NCBI GenBank assembly: GCA_036267495.1
Contig: DATAVY010000146.1
Span: 2,756 to 66,755, forward strand
DNA length: 64,000 bases
Source: Edaphobacter sp.
GTDB taxonomy: Bacteria > Acidobacteriota > Terriglobia > Terriglobales > Acidobacteriaceae
Direction: 5' to 3'
Position 1 is the stretch's first letter; each line of letters starts with the position of its first letter. The notes under the pieces are model-generated. The model ran no database searches. It was not told the DNA's origin and was given only the letters and a program-made list of their open reading frames with translations. Position numbers and translations under genes: made by a program. Below, in pieces: positions 1-9,208 of the stretch.

Positions 1-1211
1 ATTTGCTTGATGGGGACGTTGTGTTTGGCGGCGGCGGCGCGGCAATCTTCGAACTCGGGGGCGGCGTTGTAGGTTTCGTTGTTGCGGGAGCCGATCTTGA
101 TGCGGATGTCGCCGTAGGGCGTGGTGACGGTGGTGTGGGTGCGGTCGAGGCAGGAGCGGCGCTCGTGATGGATGCGAACGCCGAGGGTGCTGGTTTCGCG
201 GAGGAGGAGTTCTTCGAGAGCGGGGACGTGAGCGTCGTCGGAGAGAATGGTGAGGAGGGTGCCGAGGCGGCCTTTCTTCATCTGGACTGCGGTGGACATG
301 ACGTCGAGTGCGCCGAGGGCGAAAGCGCGTTCGGTGACGTAGGCGAGGATCTGCGGGGAGAGATCGTCGATTGCAGTTTCGAGAACGGCGACCGCTGCGT
401 GGGTGACGCCGGCGGTGTCACCGAGCGAGAGGCGGAGGACGTTGGGGAATTCTTTGGGGTTGCGCGTGCCGGCGCCATAGCCGATTTGCTGAACCCGCAT
501 GGCGGGCTGTGGCCCGAAGGTCGGAGCGAGAGCGCGGATGAGGGCGGCACCGGTGGGCGTGACGAGTTCTTTTTCCATGTGGGCGGAGTAGGTGGGGAAG
601 CCGCGGAGGAGGTCTGCGGTGGCGGGCGCGGGAACGGGGAAGCGTCCGTGGGCACAGTCGACCATGCCGCCGCCGACGTTGAGAGGCGAACAATGCCAGC
701 GATCGATTTTGAGTGCGTGGATACCGGCGCAGGCAGCCACGATGTCGACAATGGCGTCGACTGCGCCGACTTCGTGAAAGTGAATTCTTTCGATGGGGAC
801 GTTGTGGATTTTGGCTTCGGAGGCGCCGAGGAGCTCGAAGGTGTGGATGGCGGTTTGTTTGATGGGATCGACGAGTGAGGCTGAGTCGATCAGGTTGCGG
901 ATGACGGTGAGTGAGCGGCCGTGGGTGTGTTTGTGCTCCTGCTCGTGAGTGTGGGGGTGATCGTGAGTGTCGTTGTGGTGATGGTCGTGATGCGTGTGAT
1001 TGTTTTCCGCGGGATGATCGCCTTCGTAGACGTGAACTTTGGTGGAGGAGATTCCGCTGCGGTCGACCTTTTCGATTTTGATGGTCGCATTGAGTTCGAG
1101 TGCGGCTATTGTCTGGTGAAGGATCTGGGGATCGACTCCTGCGTCGATGAGAGCTCCGAGGAACATGTCGCCGCTGATGCCGGCGAAGCAGTCGAGGTAG
1201 GCGATGCGCAT
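1..1211 (-). CDS. larC: Nickel-pincer cofactor biosynthesis nickel insertase LarC (3' end runs off the window)
   Basis: Absent from the ORF track because there is no stop in the window. My translation from ATG 1211 gives MRIAYLDCFAGISGDMFLGAL, a His-rich tract, IHFHEVGAVDAIVD, CAHGRFPVPAPAT, ELVTPTGAA, GYGAG, MKKGR and PEFEDC in one frame. Confidence 0.93.
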   Translation of the reverse strand, partial: MRIAYLDCFAGISGDMFLGALIDAGVDPQILHQTIAALELNATIKIEKVDRSGISSTKVHVYEGDHPAENNHTHHDHHHNDTHDHPHTHEQEHKHTHGRSLTVIRNLIDSASLVDPIKQTAIHTFELLGASEAKIHNVPIERIHFHEVGAVDAIVDIVAACAGIHALKIDRWHCSPLNVGGGMVDCAHGRFPVPAPATADLLRGFPTYSAHMEKELVTPTGAALIRALAPTFGPQPAMRVQQIGYGAGTRNPKEFPNVLRLSLGDTAGVTHAAVAVLETAIDDLSPQILAYVTERAFALGALDVMSTAVQMKKGRLGTLLTILSDDAHVPALEELLLRETSTLGVRIHHERRSCLDRTHTTVTTPYGDIRIKIGSRNNETYNAAPEFEDCRAAAAKHNVPIKQ

Positions 1212-1248
1212 GAGGTTATTGTTTCACTTTCGGAGGGGATGAACTTGT

Positions 1249-2082
1249 CTACCTCGCTTGGCGAATAGCGGACGCGGCGAGGATGGCGTCGTTCATGGAG
1301 CCGGAGCGATAGCCCTGGGTGTCGAGGGTGACGTAGAGAAAGCCGAGGGGCTTGATGGCGGCGGTAATCGTTTCGAGGACTGGCAGGGAGAGGGCGCGCG
1401 GCAGATCTTCGCGGGCAATCTCGACGCGGGCGAGGTCGCCGTGGTGACGGACGCGGACTTGCGGGAAGCCGAGAGCGTGGAGTGCGGCTTCGGCCTGTTC
1501 GATCTGCGAAAGATTTTCGCGGGTAACGGGGCGGCCGTACTCGATGCGCGAGGCGAGGCAGGCGGAGGCGGGTTTGTCGGCGAGGGAGAGGTTGGCCTCG
1601 CGGGCAAGCTGACGGATCTCGGATTTGGTGAGTTGCGCGGTAACGAGCGGGGCGACGGCGTGGTGATTGGCGGCGGCCTGTTGGCCGGGGCGGAAGTCGC
1701 CGTCATCGTCGAGATTACGGCCGTAGGCGATGTGAGCGAAGCCTCTTTCGGTGCGGGCTTGCTCCATTTGGGTAAAGAGCTCGTCTTTGCAGTGGAAGCA
1801 GCGGCGGGCGTCGTTGCGCTGATAGTCAGGGTTGTCGAGTTCGTCGGTATGGAGGATCTGGGTGGGAATGTTGTGCCGGGCGGCGAAGGCGAGAGCGGCG
1901 GCTAGCTCGGCGCGGGGGAGTGAGGCGGAGTCGGCGATGATAGCGAGCATTTTTTCGCCCAGGGCATGGTGGGCGGAGTATGCGAGATAGGCGGAGTCGG
2001 TGCCGCCGGAGTAGGCGACCAGAACGCTGCCGAGGTTGCGGAGGGTGGTTTGGAGAAGCTCGGATTTGGCGGCCAGATCCAT
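1249..2082 (-). CDS. larE: ATP-dependent sulfur transferase LarE
   Basis: PP-loop AYSGGTDS, CFHCK, DFRPG, KPASACLASR, RVRHHG; adjacent to larC. Start reset to MDLAAK at 2082. Confidence 0.92.
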   Translation of the reverse strand: MDLAAKSELLQTTLRNLGSVLVAYSGGTDSAYLAYSAHHALGEKMLAIIADSASLPRAELAAALAFAARHNIPTQILHTDELDNPDYQRNDARRCFHCKDELFTQMEQARTERGFAHIAYGRNLDDDGDFRPGQQAAANHHAVAPLVTAQLTKSEIRQLAREANLSLADKPASACLASRIEYGRPVTRENLSQIEQAEAALHALGFPQVRVRHHGDLARVEIAREDLPRALSLPVLETITAAIKPLGFLYVTLDTQGYRSGSMNDAILAASAIRQAR

Positions 2083-2167
2083 CTGGTTTGATTGTAGGTC
2101 AGATGGGAGGGTTGGGTTTGTAGCGGATTGGAGCGACAGCGTAGAACGATTGCTTGATAGAGGAGGG

Positions 2168-2731
2168 CTAATCGGGGACCTGCCAGCCTGCAGCGGTCTG
2201 GGCGAGGGTGGCTTTGGCGGTGAGCTGACTGCTAGTGGCGTGGGCCATGTCTGGAAAGGCGGTTTGCACATCGGGGCTGATTGCCCAGACGGGAACCTCT
2301 TTCATGGTGTAGCTGTAGGTTACGGTGGTCTCTTTGAAGCCTTCATTGACGGCGAGAGGAGTGAAGCTGTCGATGCTGGTGACCTCGCGATGGCCATAGC
2401 AGAAATGGGGAGCGAAGCGGGCACCGGCGGGGGTGACAGTGTAGCGGCTGACGTGGACGCTTGCTTCGTAGGATTTGTCGAGGAGGAGCGCCTTAGCGAG
2501 GGAGTCCATCTGTTTTGTCTTCACAGGCTCGGCGGTCTCGAAGGGAAATCGGATGTCGGAGAACAGGCAATCGGTATGGTCGAGAAAATGGTTGTTGATG
2601 GCCTGGGTGAAGTTGGCGGGAGTGGGGGCGGATTTTCCAGTGTTGCAACCGAGCGTAAGGCCCAAGGTGAAGAGAACTGGCGCGATGATTGCGAGCCTGG
2701 GGGTGAATTGAAAGCTGCGAACAATTTTCAT
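2168..2731 (-). CDS. Hypothetical lipoprotein
   Basis: GGAGA RBS before ATG 2731; hydrophobic segment ending in lipobox LTLG-C. Confidence 0.7.
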   Translation of the reverse strand: MKIVRSFQFTPRLAIIAPVLFTLGLTLGCNTGKSAPTPANFTQAINNHFLDHTDCLFSDIRFPFETAEPVKTKQMDSLAKALLLDKSYEASVHVSRYTVTPAGARFAPHFCYGHREVTSIDSFTPLAVNEGFKETTVTYSYTMKEVPVWAISPDVQTAFPDMAHATSSQLTAKATLAQTAAGWQVPD

Positions 2732-2814
2732 CGCTTCTCCTGGCATCTTCTGGATATCCTCTCGGGAATTTTGAGGAACTTGAATCGTTGGATGCAACGA
2801 TGAGTCATGGGGGA

Positions 2815-4122
2815 TCAGTTGTCATCGAGGATGCCATCGGGGACTGGGTCGAGTTCGCCGATGGTTTTCATGGTATCGAGGGTTTTGAGATTGGCCTGGA
2901 CCTGGGCCCATTTTCGCGGATTTTTTTTGGTGATGATTGGAGCCTGCGGATCGGCATAGTACGCAGTGAGATCGTGTTTGAGCTGGATCGGAATGACATT
3001 GCCGGGGTGCTGGGTGATCATGGCCAGCAGCGTGGCGTAGGTGGTGTCGGTGAGAGGATAGCCTCCAGGTTTGACGATGAGTCCGGTGTCGAGGTCGCGG
3101 TTGGAGATGAAGCGGTCGATCGTGTCGAAGTTGGTGAGGACGCGACGAAGACCGGCGATGGAACGGTTAACGCTCTTGATGTAGAGGTCTTCGGTGTGCT
3201 CGTTTGGGCCTTTGATGGCGAGAAGTTTGAGAGTACCGATTTTGGGAAGAATGAACAGGAAGCCGGCATAGAGGTGACTGCGGATGCCGGGTTTTTTACG
3301 ATAGGCCTCCCAGTTGTTGTCAGTGGATGCCTGGATGAGGTCTTTGGTGAAGACGTCGAGATCGGGACTGGGAACGTCGGCGGGAAAGTTCTTTTTGTGG
3401 AGGATGGTTTCGGCGCGGGCGATGTTGGGAAGGAAACGGCGGACAGCGTAACGGTAGACGCGGATGGAGGTCTGTTTGGTGCCAATGATATCGGGCAGCT
3501 TGAGTCCGTATGTTTCGAAGAAGGCTTTGCGAAGCAGCGGAAGCGGAACCTCGAGACCGACGAACTTGGTGTAGGCGGCGGGGGCGAAGCGGAGTTTACT
3601 GAGTTGGTTGATGTCGAAGGCGAACTCGGTCTGGACGTGGGCGTGGGTGTCCTGAGCATAGTTGACGCTTGGCCCATATTGTTTCTGCAGCTTGGGGAAC
3701 TCGATGGGCACGGAAAGATTGATAGCGGCGCTGTGGCCAATGGCATCGCCTATGTAGTGAGAAAGAGAGCCGACGGCGAAGGCGAGCTCGTCGGGAGTTT
3801 GTGCGTTGTGGAGAAGAGAGAGGACGAAGTCGCCGGAGCGGACATAGTGGGTGAGATCGGAGAAGAACTTGTTGCCGAAGGGGTAGTAGCCGAAGTCCTG
3901 AATGGCGCAGCCGCCATAGGCATAGCCGTGGGCTTCCTGGAGCTGGGCCTCGGTGAGGGTGGGGTAGTGCTTGAGGAGAATGGGGCGGATGGATTGCTTC
4001 CAGGCAAGATCGATGAGTTCCTGATGGGTCTGAACAGAGTAGGGGACGGCGGGAGTCGCCGCCAGGAGCAGACCGAGGAGAGCTGTTGCTTTGTAGAGAG
4101 CAGTGCGGCCGGAGGTAGGAAT
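2815..4122 (-). CDS. Secreted zinc-dependent phospholipase C family protein (probable ATT start)
   Basis: The frame of the tracked ORF stays open up to 4122 and encodes a signal peptide, YSVQTHQELID, AYGGCAIQDFGYYPFG, SDLTHY and LSHYIGDAIGH. No ATG/GTG/TTG is in frame before 3711; GAGGA lies 6 nt before ATT. Confidence 0.8.
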   Translation of the reverse strand: MPTSGRTALYKATALLGLLLAATPAVPYSVQTHQELIDLAWKQSIRPILLKHYPTLTEAQLQEAHGYAYGGCAIQDFGYYPFGNKFFSDLTHYVRSGDFVLSLLHNAQTPDELAFAVGSLSHYIGDAIGHSAAINLSVPIEFPKLQKQYGPSVNYAQDTHAHVQTEFAFDINQLSKLRFAPAAYTKFVGLEVPLPLLRKAFFETYGLKLPDIIGTKQTSIRVYRYAVRRFLPNIARAETILHKKNFPADVPSPDLDVFTKDLIQASTDNNWEAYRKKPGIRSHLYAGFLFILPKIGTLKLLAIKGPNEHTEDLYIKSVNRSIAGLRRVLTNFDTIDRFISNRDLDTGLIVKPGGYPLTDTTYATLLAMITQHPGNVIPIQLKHDLTAYYADPQAPIITKKNPRKWAQVQANLKTLDTMKTIGELDPVPDGILDDN

Positions 4123-4215
4123 CGCTCGTCCTCGTTCTTAATCTGATACGACTCTACACACTGTACCTAGGATGGAGGGAATAAGAAAAGGGTAGGCTGG
4201 CAGGGGGAGTTTGCG

Positions 4216-4746
4216 ATGCATTGGGCGGAGCGGGGGTGGGTTCGGTATGTAGCGGTGGTGGTGGGGGTGGGTGTTGTGGCGTGGGCGTGGCACTTTGGGA
4301 CGCGGCAGTCGGGTGGGATCGCGCCGGTGAGTGAGCGGCGGGTGATGCCGGAGCTGGCGATGACGCAGCTGGATGGCGCCACGTGGAGGATGAGGGAGCA
4401 TCGCGGGCAGGTGGTGCTGGTGAACTACTGGGCGACGTGGTGCGGGCCTTGCTGGGAAGAGACGCCGGGGCTGATCCGGTTGTCGCAGGAGGTGAAGGGT
4501 CTGGCGGTTGTCGGGGTTGCGCTGGATGCGGATGGGCCGGTGAAGGTGCGGAGGTTTGTGGAGGAGTTCCATGTGCCGTATCCAATAGTGATGCCGGAGA
4601 GGATGTCGCAGATGGAGTTTGGATTGGAGGGTGTGCCGACGACCATCCTGGTAGATAAGCAGGGGAGAGTGGCGAAGAGTTATGTGGGTGCGGTTCGCGA
4701 GCGGGATTTCAGGACGGATGTGGAGGCTTTGCTGGCGGAGCCGTGA
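4216..4746 (+). CDS. TlpA-family thiol-disulfide reductase
   Basis: N-terminal TM, VNYWATWCGPC, cis-Pro motif GVPTT. Confidence 0.9.
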   Translation: MHWAERGWVRYVAVVVGVGVVAWAWHFGTRQSGGIAPVSERRVMPELAMTQLDGATWRMREHRGQVVLVNYWATWCGPCWEETPGLIRLSQEVKGLAVVGVALDADGPVKVRRFVEEFHVPYPIVMPERMSQMEFGLEGVPTTILVDKQGRVAKSYVGAVRERDFRTDVEALLAEP

Positions 4747-4777
4747 GTTTTTCGAGAGTGACTTTCCTTAATTTTTT

Positions 4778-6190
4778 TTAGGTCTGGCCTACTTTGGTTG
4801 GATCGGTTTTGAGAAGGATGGGGGTGAGGGGCAGATTGAAGCCGGGTTGGGAGTCGGGGTGGACAGGGTTGAAGTCGGGGATGTTTGAGTCGAGAAACTT
4901 TGTGAGCGGGAGATTGGCTTCGCGGATGCCGTGGACGACGCATCGGGCCAACTCGTAGGCGCCGTAGCTGTTGAAGTGGGTGTCGTCGCTGATGGCGGCG
5001 GTCTGGCCAGGGAAAGAGTTGGCGGGGTAGTGCATGAAAGCCTTGAGGGTGACCTGGGGACCCATGGCTTCGAAGAGAGTTTTGCTCATGGCATTGAGAT
5101 CGATGAGCGCGACTTTCTGTTCGGAGGCGACTTCGCGGACCGCGTCAGGGTAGGGGCCGAAGGAGTTGGTGATGTGGCCGGCGTCGTTGAAGGTGCGGCG
5201 GTTCATCGGAGTGACGAGGACGGGGGTTGCGCCTTTGGCGCGGGTCTGGGCGATGTAGACGGCGAGCATTTTCTTGTATTCGTCGATGGGGACTGCGCCT
5301 GGTTTCATGTCGTTGTGGGCGAATTGAAGGAAGAGGTAGTCGCCGGGCTTCATGGTGGTCATGATTTTGGCGAGGCGATGTTCGCCGATGAAGCTGCGGG
5401 TGGTCTCGCCGGATTCGGCGTGGTTGGCGATGACGATGCCGGGAAGGAAGAAGCGGGGAAGCATCTGTCCCCAGGCGGCCCAGGGTTCGAAGTACTGGTC
5501 GACGACGGTGGAGTCGCCGGCGAGATAGAGGACGGGTTCGTTGGGGATGGGCTCGATGTCGATGGAGCGAACGCTGGGGTGGTCGCCGTTGAACTCAAGG
5601 GTGAGCTTGTGGTCCCAGTCGAGGATGCCGAGCTCGCGGGGTTTGAGACGGACTTTGCTGTTGGGGTCGCCGTCTGGCTGGCCGCTGATTTCGGGATAGC
5701 GGATATTAGTGTCGAAGATTTTGGTGACGGAGGCGTTGGGCGAAGTAGGGATCTTTTCGAGCATGAGGCGGCGGCCTTCGGCGCGGACGGTGGTGACGGC
5801 GGCCCTGGGGCCGCCGAGGACTACGGTGACGCGGTAGCTGCCCTCGGGGAGGGGGACGGAGAAGAAGAAGGGCTGGTCGCTGCTGCAGGATTTGCCGTCG
5901 ACGGCAGGGGAGGGAAGGAGATCGAAACCGGCGGTTGAGCCGGTGAAACGGGAGGCGGGCGAGATGGTGGCGGGCATGGGCTTTTCATCCCGGCGAGCTT
6001 GCTCGCCGGGGACTCCGGTCGCCGGACCGCAGGCGTACTTCATGAGGGTTGAGTTGAGCTGGACCTGAGAATGGGCGTGTGGCGCTGCGGCTGTGGATAA
6101 ATAAAGTGTGGTGAGGGTTGCGAGAGCGAGTTGGAGGCGACGATTTGGGGCGCGGACCGAGCCTCGATGGTGTGGGTTGCCGTGATGCAT
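4778..6190 (-). CDS. Rhamnogalacturonan acetylesterase-like SGNH esterase (CE12)
   Basis: LAGDSTV, WGQMLP, NHAESG, QFAHND, DDTH; signal peptide; GGGAG RBS before ATG 6190. Confidence 0.85.
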   Translation of the reverse strand: MHHGNPHHRGSVRAPNRRLQLALATLTTLYLSTAAAPHAHSQVQLNSTLMKYACGPATGVPGEQARRDEKPMPATISPASRFTGSTAGFDLLPSPAVDGKSCSSDQPFFFSVPLPEGSYRVTVVLGGPRAAVTTVRAEGRRLMLEKIPTSPNASVTKIFDTNIRYPEISGQPDGDPNSKVRLKPRELGILDWDHKLTLEFNGDHPSVRSIDIEPIPNEPVLYLAGDSTVVDQYFEPWAAWGQMLPRFFLPGIVIANHAESGETTRSFIGEHRLAKIMTTMKPGDYLFLQFAHNDMKPGAVPIDEYKKMLAVYIAQTRAKGATPVLVTPMNRRTFNDAGHITNSFGPYPDAVREVASEQKVALIDLNAMSKTLFEAMGPQVTLKAFMHYPANSFPGQTAAISDDTHFNSYGAYELARCVVHGIREANLPLTKFLDSNIPDFNPVHPDSQPGFNLPLTPILLKTDPTKVGQT

Positions 6191-6200
6191 GTCGTGCTCT

Positions 6201-6307
6201 CCCCTCCCGTCAAAAAGTACGCAAAGTCTCAGAAACAGAGACTTTAGGTCTGGACTTCGACCGGCGCACGGCCTCTGAGTGGAAGAGCCCGGCTTGAGGC
6301 CGGGCTC
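6201..6307. repeat. Dispersed intergenic element, copy 1
   Basis: CCCCTCCC..CAAAGTCTCAGAAACAGAGACTTT..GGACTTCGA, then hairpin GAGCCCGGC-TTGAG-GCCGGGCTC; a similar inverted copy lies at 60839-61063. Confidence 0.65.
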
Positions 6308-6462
6308 GAATTTCCAATGAGTTAAGTTTATCAGCGGTGTCAATGGTTTCAGAATGCACAACCCGCCCGGGGGTTACAGTTGGATCCAGATCTGGCCTAT
6401 ACCTGACTTGTCATTCCGCAGGGCTCAAATCAGCCAGGATGGGCTATGGCGCTGAAATTTGA

Positions 6463-7695
6463 TCAGGCCTCGACCAGCACCTTGGAATAACGGCCCTCGA
6501 CATACTTATCGAGAATCACCTGAAACTCCTCGACGATGCGGTCGCCCTTCAACGTGGTGAACAGTTGGCCATCGACGTACACCGGCGCCTTCGGTTCCTC
6601 AAACGTTCCCGGAAGCGAGATGCCGATGTTGGCATGCTTCGATTCCCCCGGCCCGTTAACGACGCAGCCCATCACCGCCAGTTTCAACTCTTCGACGCCG
6701 GGATAAATCTTCTTCCACTCCGGCATCGAGGCCACCAGATAGCTCTGGATCCGCTCTGCCAGCTCCTGGAAGTAGGTCGAGGTTGTCCGGCCGCAACCGG
6801 GGCAGCTCGTCACCTGCGGCATGAAGCTGCGAATCCCGAGCGACTGCAGGACCTGCTGTCCGCAACGCACCTCTTCGCTCCGGTCCCCACCGGGTGTTGG
6901 AGTCAAACTCACGCGGATCGTGTCGCCGATGCCCGCAAGCAATAGAGGAGCAAGACCAGCGGTCGAAGCGACAACACCCTTCATCCCCATACCGGCTTCG
7001 GTCAGTCCAAGGTGCAGCGCATAGTCGCATCGCCGCGCCAGCTCGGTGTAAACGTCGATCAGATCGCGGACGCCCGAGACCTTCGCCGAGAGAATGATCT
7101 GGTCGCGCCGCAGTCCATAACGCTCTGCCGCCGCCGCATTGTCCAGCGCCGACACCACCATCGCCTCCATCATCACATCGCGCGCGGGAAGGGGATTGGC
7201 CAGCTTCGAATTTTCATCCATCATCTTCGTCAACAGCGCCTGGTCGAGCGAACCCCAGTTGACTCCGATCCGAACGGGTTTCTGATGCTCCACCGCAACC
7301 TCAACCATGGTCCGGAAGTTGTCGTCGTCTTTCCGTCCGATCGATACATTGCCTGGATTGATCCTGTACTTCGCCAGCGCCTTTGCTGTCTCGGGATACT
7401 TCTTCAGCAGCTGATGTCCGTTGTAGTGAAAGTCGCCAATAATGGGCGTCGACCAACCCTTCTTCGCCAGCTCCTCGACGATATATGGGACAGCTTTCGC
7501 AGCATCGTCGTTGTTCACGGTAACCCGAACCATCTCCGAGCCGGCGCGAGCCAGTGCCGCAACCTGCTGCACGGTGCTCTCGACATCGGCCGTATCGGTG
7601 TTCGTCATCGACTGCACCACAACCGGAGCATCCGATCCTACGTGAATCCCGCCGATATTTACCGTTACCGCACGTCGACGCACAATCTCTGGCAT
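6463..7695 (-). CDS. ispG: (E)-4-hydroxy-3-methylbut-2-enyl-diphosphate synthase
   Basis: [56 protein letters not shown]. Confidence 0.97.
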   Translation of the reverse strand: MPEIVRRRAVTVNIGGIHVGSDAPVVVQSMTNTDTADVESTVQQVAALARAGSEMVRVTVNNDDAAKAVPYIVEELAKKGWSTPIIGDFHYNGHQLLKKYPETAKALAKYRINPGNVSIGRKDDDNFRTMVEVAVEHQKPVRIGVNWGSLDQALLTKMMDENSKLANPLPARDVMMEAMVVSALDNAAAAERYGLRRDQIILSAKVSGVRDLIDVYTELARRCDYALHLGLTEAGMGMKGVVASTAGLAPLLLAGIGDTIRVSLTPTPGGDRSEEVRCGQQVLQSLGIRSFMPQVTSCPGCGRTTSTYFQELAERIQSYLVASMPEWKKIYPGVEELKLAVMGCVVNGPGESKHANIGISLPGTFEEPKAPVYVDGQLFTTLKGDRIVEEFQVILDKYVEGRYSKVLVEA

Positions 7696-7758
7696 AAACT
7701 CTCCACTCTCAAGTTTACCATCGGGGAGCCGCAAACCACGCGATGCACTTGCCTGGAT

Positions 7759-7796
7759 GGTCGGGTAGCTCAGTTGGAATAGAGCAGCGCATTCCG
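7759..7796 (+). pseudogene. 5' half of a tRNA-Arg-like gene, breaking off at the anticodon
   Basis: GGTCGGG-TA-GCTC-AGTTGGAATA-GAGC-A-GCGCA-TT-CC(G) closely matches the 5' half of the neighbouring tRNA; no intact 3' half follows. Confidence 0.7.
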
Positions 7797-7883
7797 TCCT
7801 CTGTTCACTGCATTCGGTACACTACACATGGTGTCCTGCATTTCGTCCTCACGGATCGATTGCGGATTCCTTCATCACCAAGT

Positions 7884-7960
7884 GGCCCGGTAGCTCAGTT
7901 GCATAGAGCAGCGCACTCCTAACGCGAAGGTCGCAGGTTGGACTCCTGCCCGGGCCACCA
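7884..7960 (+). tRNA. tRNA-Arg(CCT), atypical
   Basis: 77-nt cloverleaf: acceptor GGCCCGG/CCGGGCC, D stem GCTC/GAGC, anticodon loop CT-CCT-AA, T stem GCAGG/CCTGC, ACCA end. Carries C19 and G56 plus two anticodon-stem mismatches. Confidence 0.85.
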
Positions 7961-8056
7961 CAAAGCCAATTTTTTTTGTCCATTGCTTTGCGCCGGGACT
8001 CCTGTTCCGCGATCAGGCCAACAGCGAATAGTGAAACTCGAAAAAATTTAACTTCC

Positions 8057-8095
8057 TTTACAAAGTTGTGACATCGCGGCAACTGCTTCGTGACA
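8057..8095. promoter_or_regulatory. Candidate OmpR/PhoB-type direct-repeat site
   Basis: Hexamers in 11-bp phase: TTTACA 8057, GTGACA 8068, GCAACT 8079, GTGACA 8090. Confidence 0.35.
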
Positions 8096-8146
8096 ACTGA
8101 CCCAGTGACGCCGGATACATTGAATTCAATGGTGAAGCGCCCAATA

Positions 8147-9208
8147 ATGACGCGGCCTTTGGTAGTCCGACTGAGACAAGGATGGATCAATACCTGTCTT
8201 TTGCTCGTGCTGTTTGCATACTCTGTTGGCGGCGTAAATGTTGAAGCCCAGGACACGCCTCTTATCTCCGGTGGAGCGGGTTTCCTGACCACCACCGCCG
8301 GCGGAGTCACCACGGTGCAACCTGTCGTGTCACCGGTTACCGCGATTCCGCTTGGGGAGCATCTCCTGGTCGAGTCACGAGCCTACATCGCTGAAGGCTT
8401 CGCGCCGAAAAATGGGGTTAGCGGTCCCTACCAGGGAGATTTCTTCGCGATTCTTCAATATCTTCAACTGGACTACATCGCGGCGCCGAAGCTTACCGTC
8501 ACGGTTGGCGATTTTCTGACCCCTTTCGGTACGTATAACGAGCGGTTAACCCCGATCTGGATCAGCAATCTTCAGGACGCCCCGCTCATTTACCCTATTG
8601 GAAACCAGCACGGCACAAGCGTAGGCGCCATGCTGCGTGGGGCTGCGTTTTCTAACTCGCACCTGCACGTCAATTATGTGGGATTCTTCTCCGTCGCCAG
8701 CAGCGTGAAGCAGTTCTCCGGAGAGCGTGCGGCTGGAGGGCAGGCCTCGATCTATCTTCCGGGCAAGCGCCTCGAGATCGGCGCCTCGTACTCTCGGCTG
8801 CTTCAAGGTCAGCAGGGCAACTCGACCGGCGTGGATCTGTGGTGGCAGCCGTACCGCGTTCCCCTGGCGATCCGTTCCGAGTACGCCCATGGCCCGCACG
8901 CACAGGGTTACTGGGTTGAAACGGCCTATCGCCTATCGCAGTGGAATGGGCCGGATAGCTGGCTGGGACGTTTGGAACCGGTATTCCGCATGCAGCAAAC
9001 CTTCCGTGACAGTCCGGGCAACGGCGATCAGCTCCCGGCCGTCGGCACGCAAAGAGCGGACTTCGGGCTGGACTACCACCTTCCTCATGAAGTAAGAGTC
9101 AACGCTGGTTATTCACGACAGTTTTCGGGCACCGGAAATGAAAACATCTGGGAGACGACCGTGACCTATCGATTCCTCTTTCCCGCCTGGAAGAGCGCAT
9201 CCAAATGA
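8147..9208 (+). CDS. Putative outer-membrane beta-barrel (porin-like) protein
   Basis: Signal peptide ending VEA-Q; alternating amphipathic aromatic strands; C-terminal TVTYRF. Start uncertain (8090, 8129 or 8147). Confidence 0.65.
   Translation: MTRPLVVRLRQGWINTCLLLVLFAYSVGGVNVEAQDTPLISGGAGFLTTTAGGVTTVQPVVSPVTAIPLGEHLLVESRAYIAEGFAPKNGVSGPYQGDFFAILQYLQLDYIAAPKLTVTVGDFLTPFGTYNERLTPIWISNLQDAPLIYPIGNQHGTSVGAMLRGAAFSNSHLHVNYVGFFSVASSVKQFSGERAAGGQASIYLPGKRLEIGASYSRLLQGQQGNSTGVDLWWQPYRVPLAIRSEYAHGPHAQGYWVETAYRLSQWNGPDSWLGRLEPVFRMQQTFRDSPGNGDQLPAVGTQRADFGLDYHLPHEVRVNAGYSRQFSGTGNENIWETTVTYRFLFPAWKSASK

Noticed and set aside
3-4146. Long + strand ORFs 3..878, 1258..1905 and 2788..4146
   Set aside because: Antisense shadows of larC, larE and the phospholipase C gene, with no recognisable motifs.
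7789-7876. Short spaced repeats as a mini-CRISPR
   Set aside because: Repeats are 13 nt and degenerate, spacers are 8-15 nt, and no cas genes are present.
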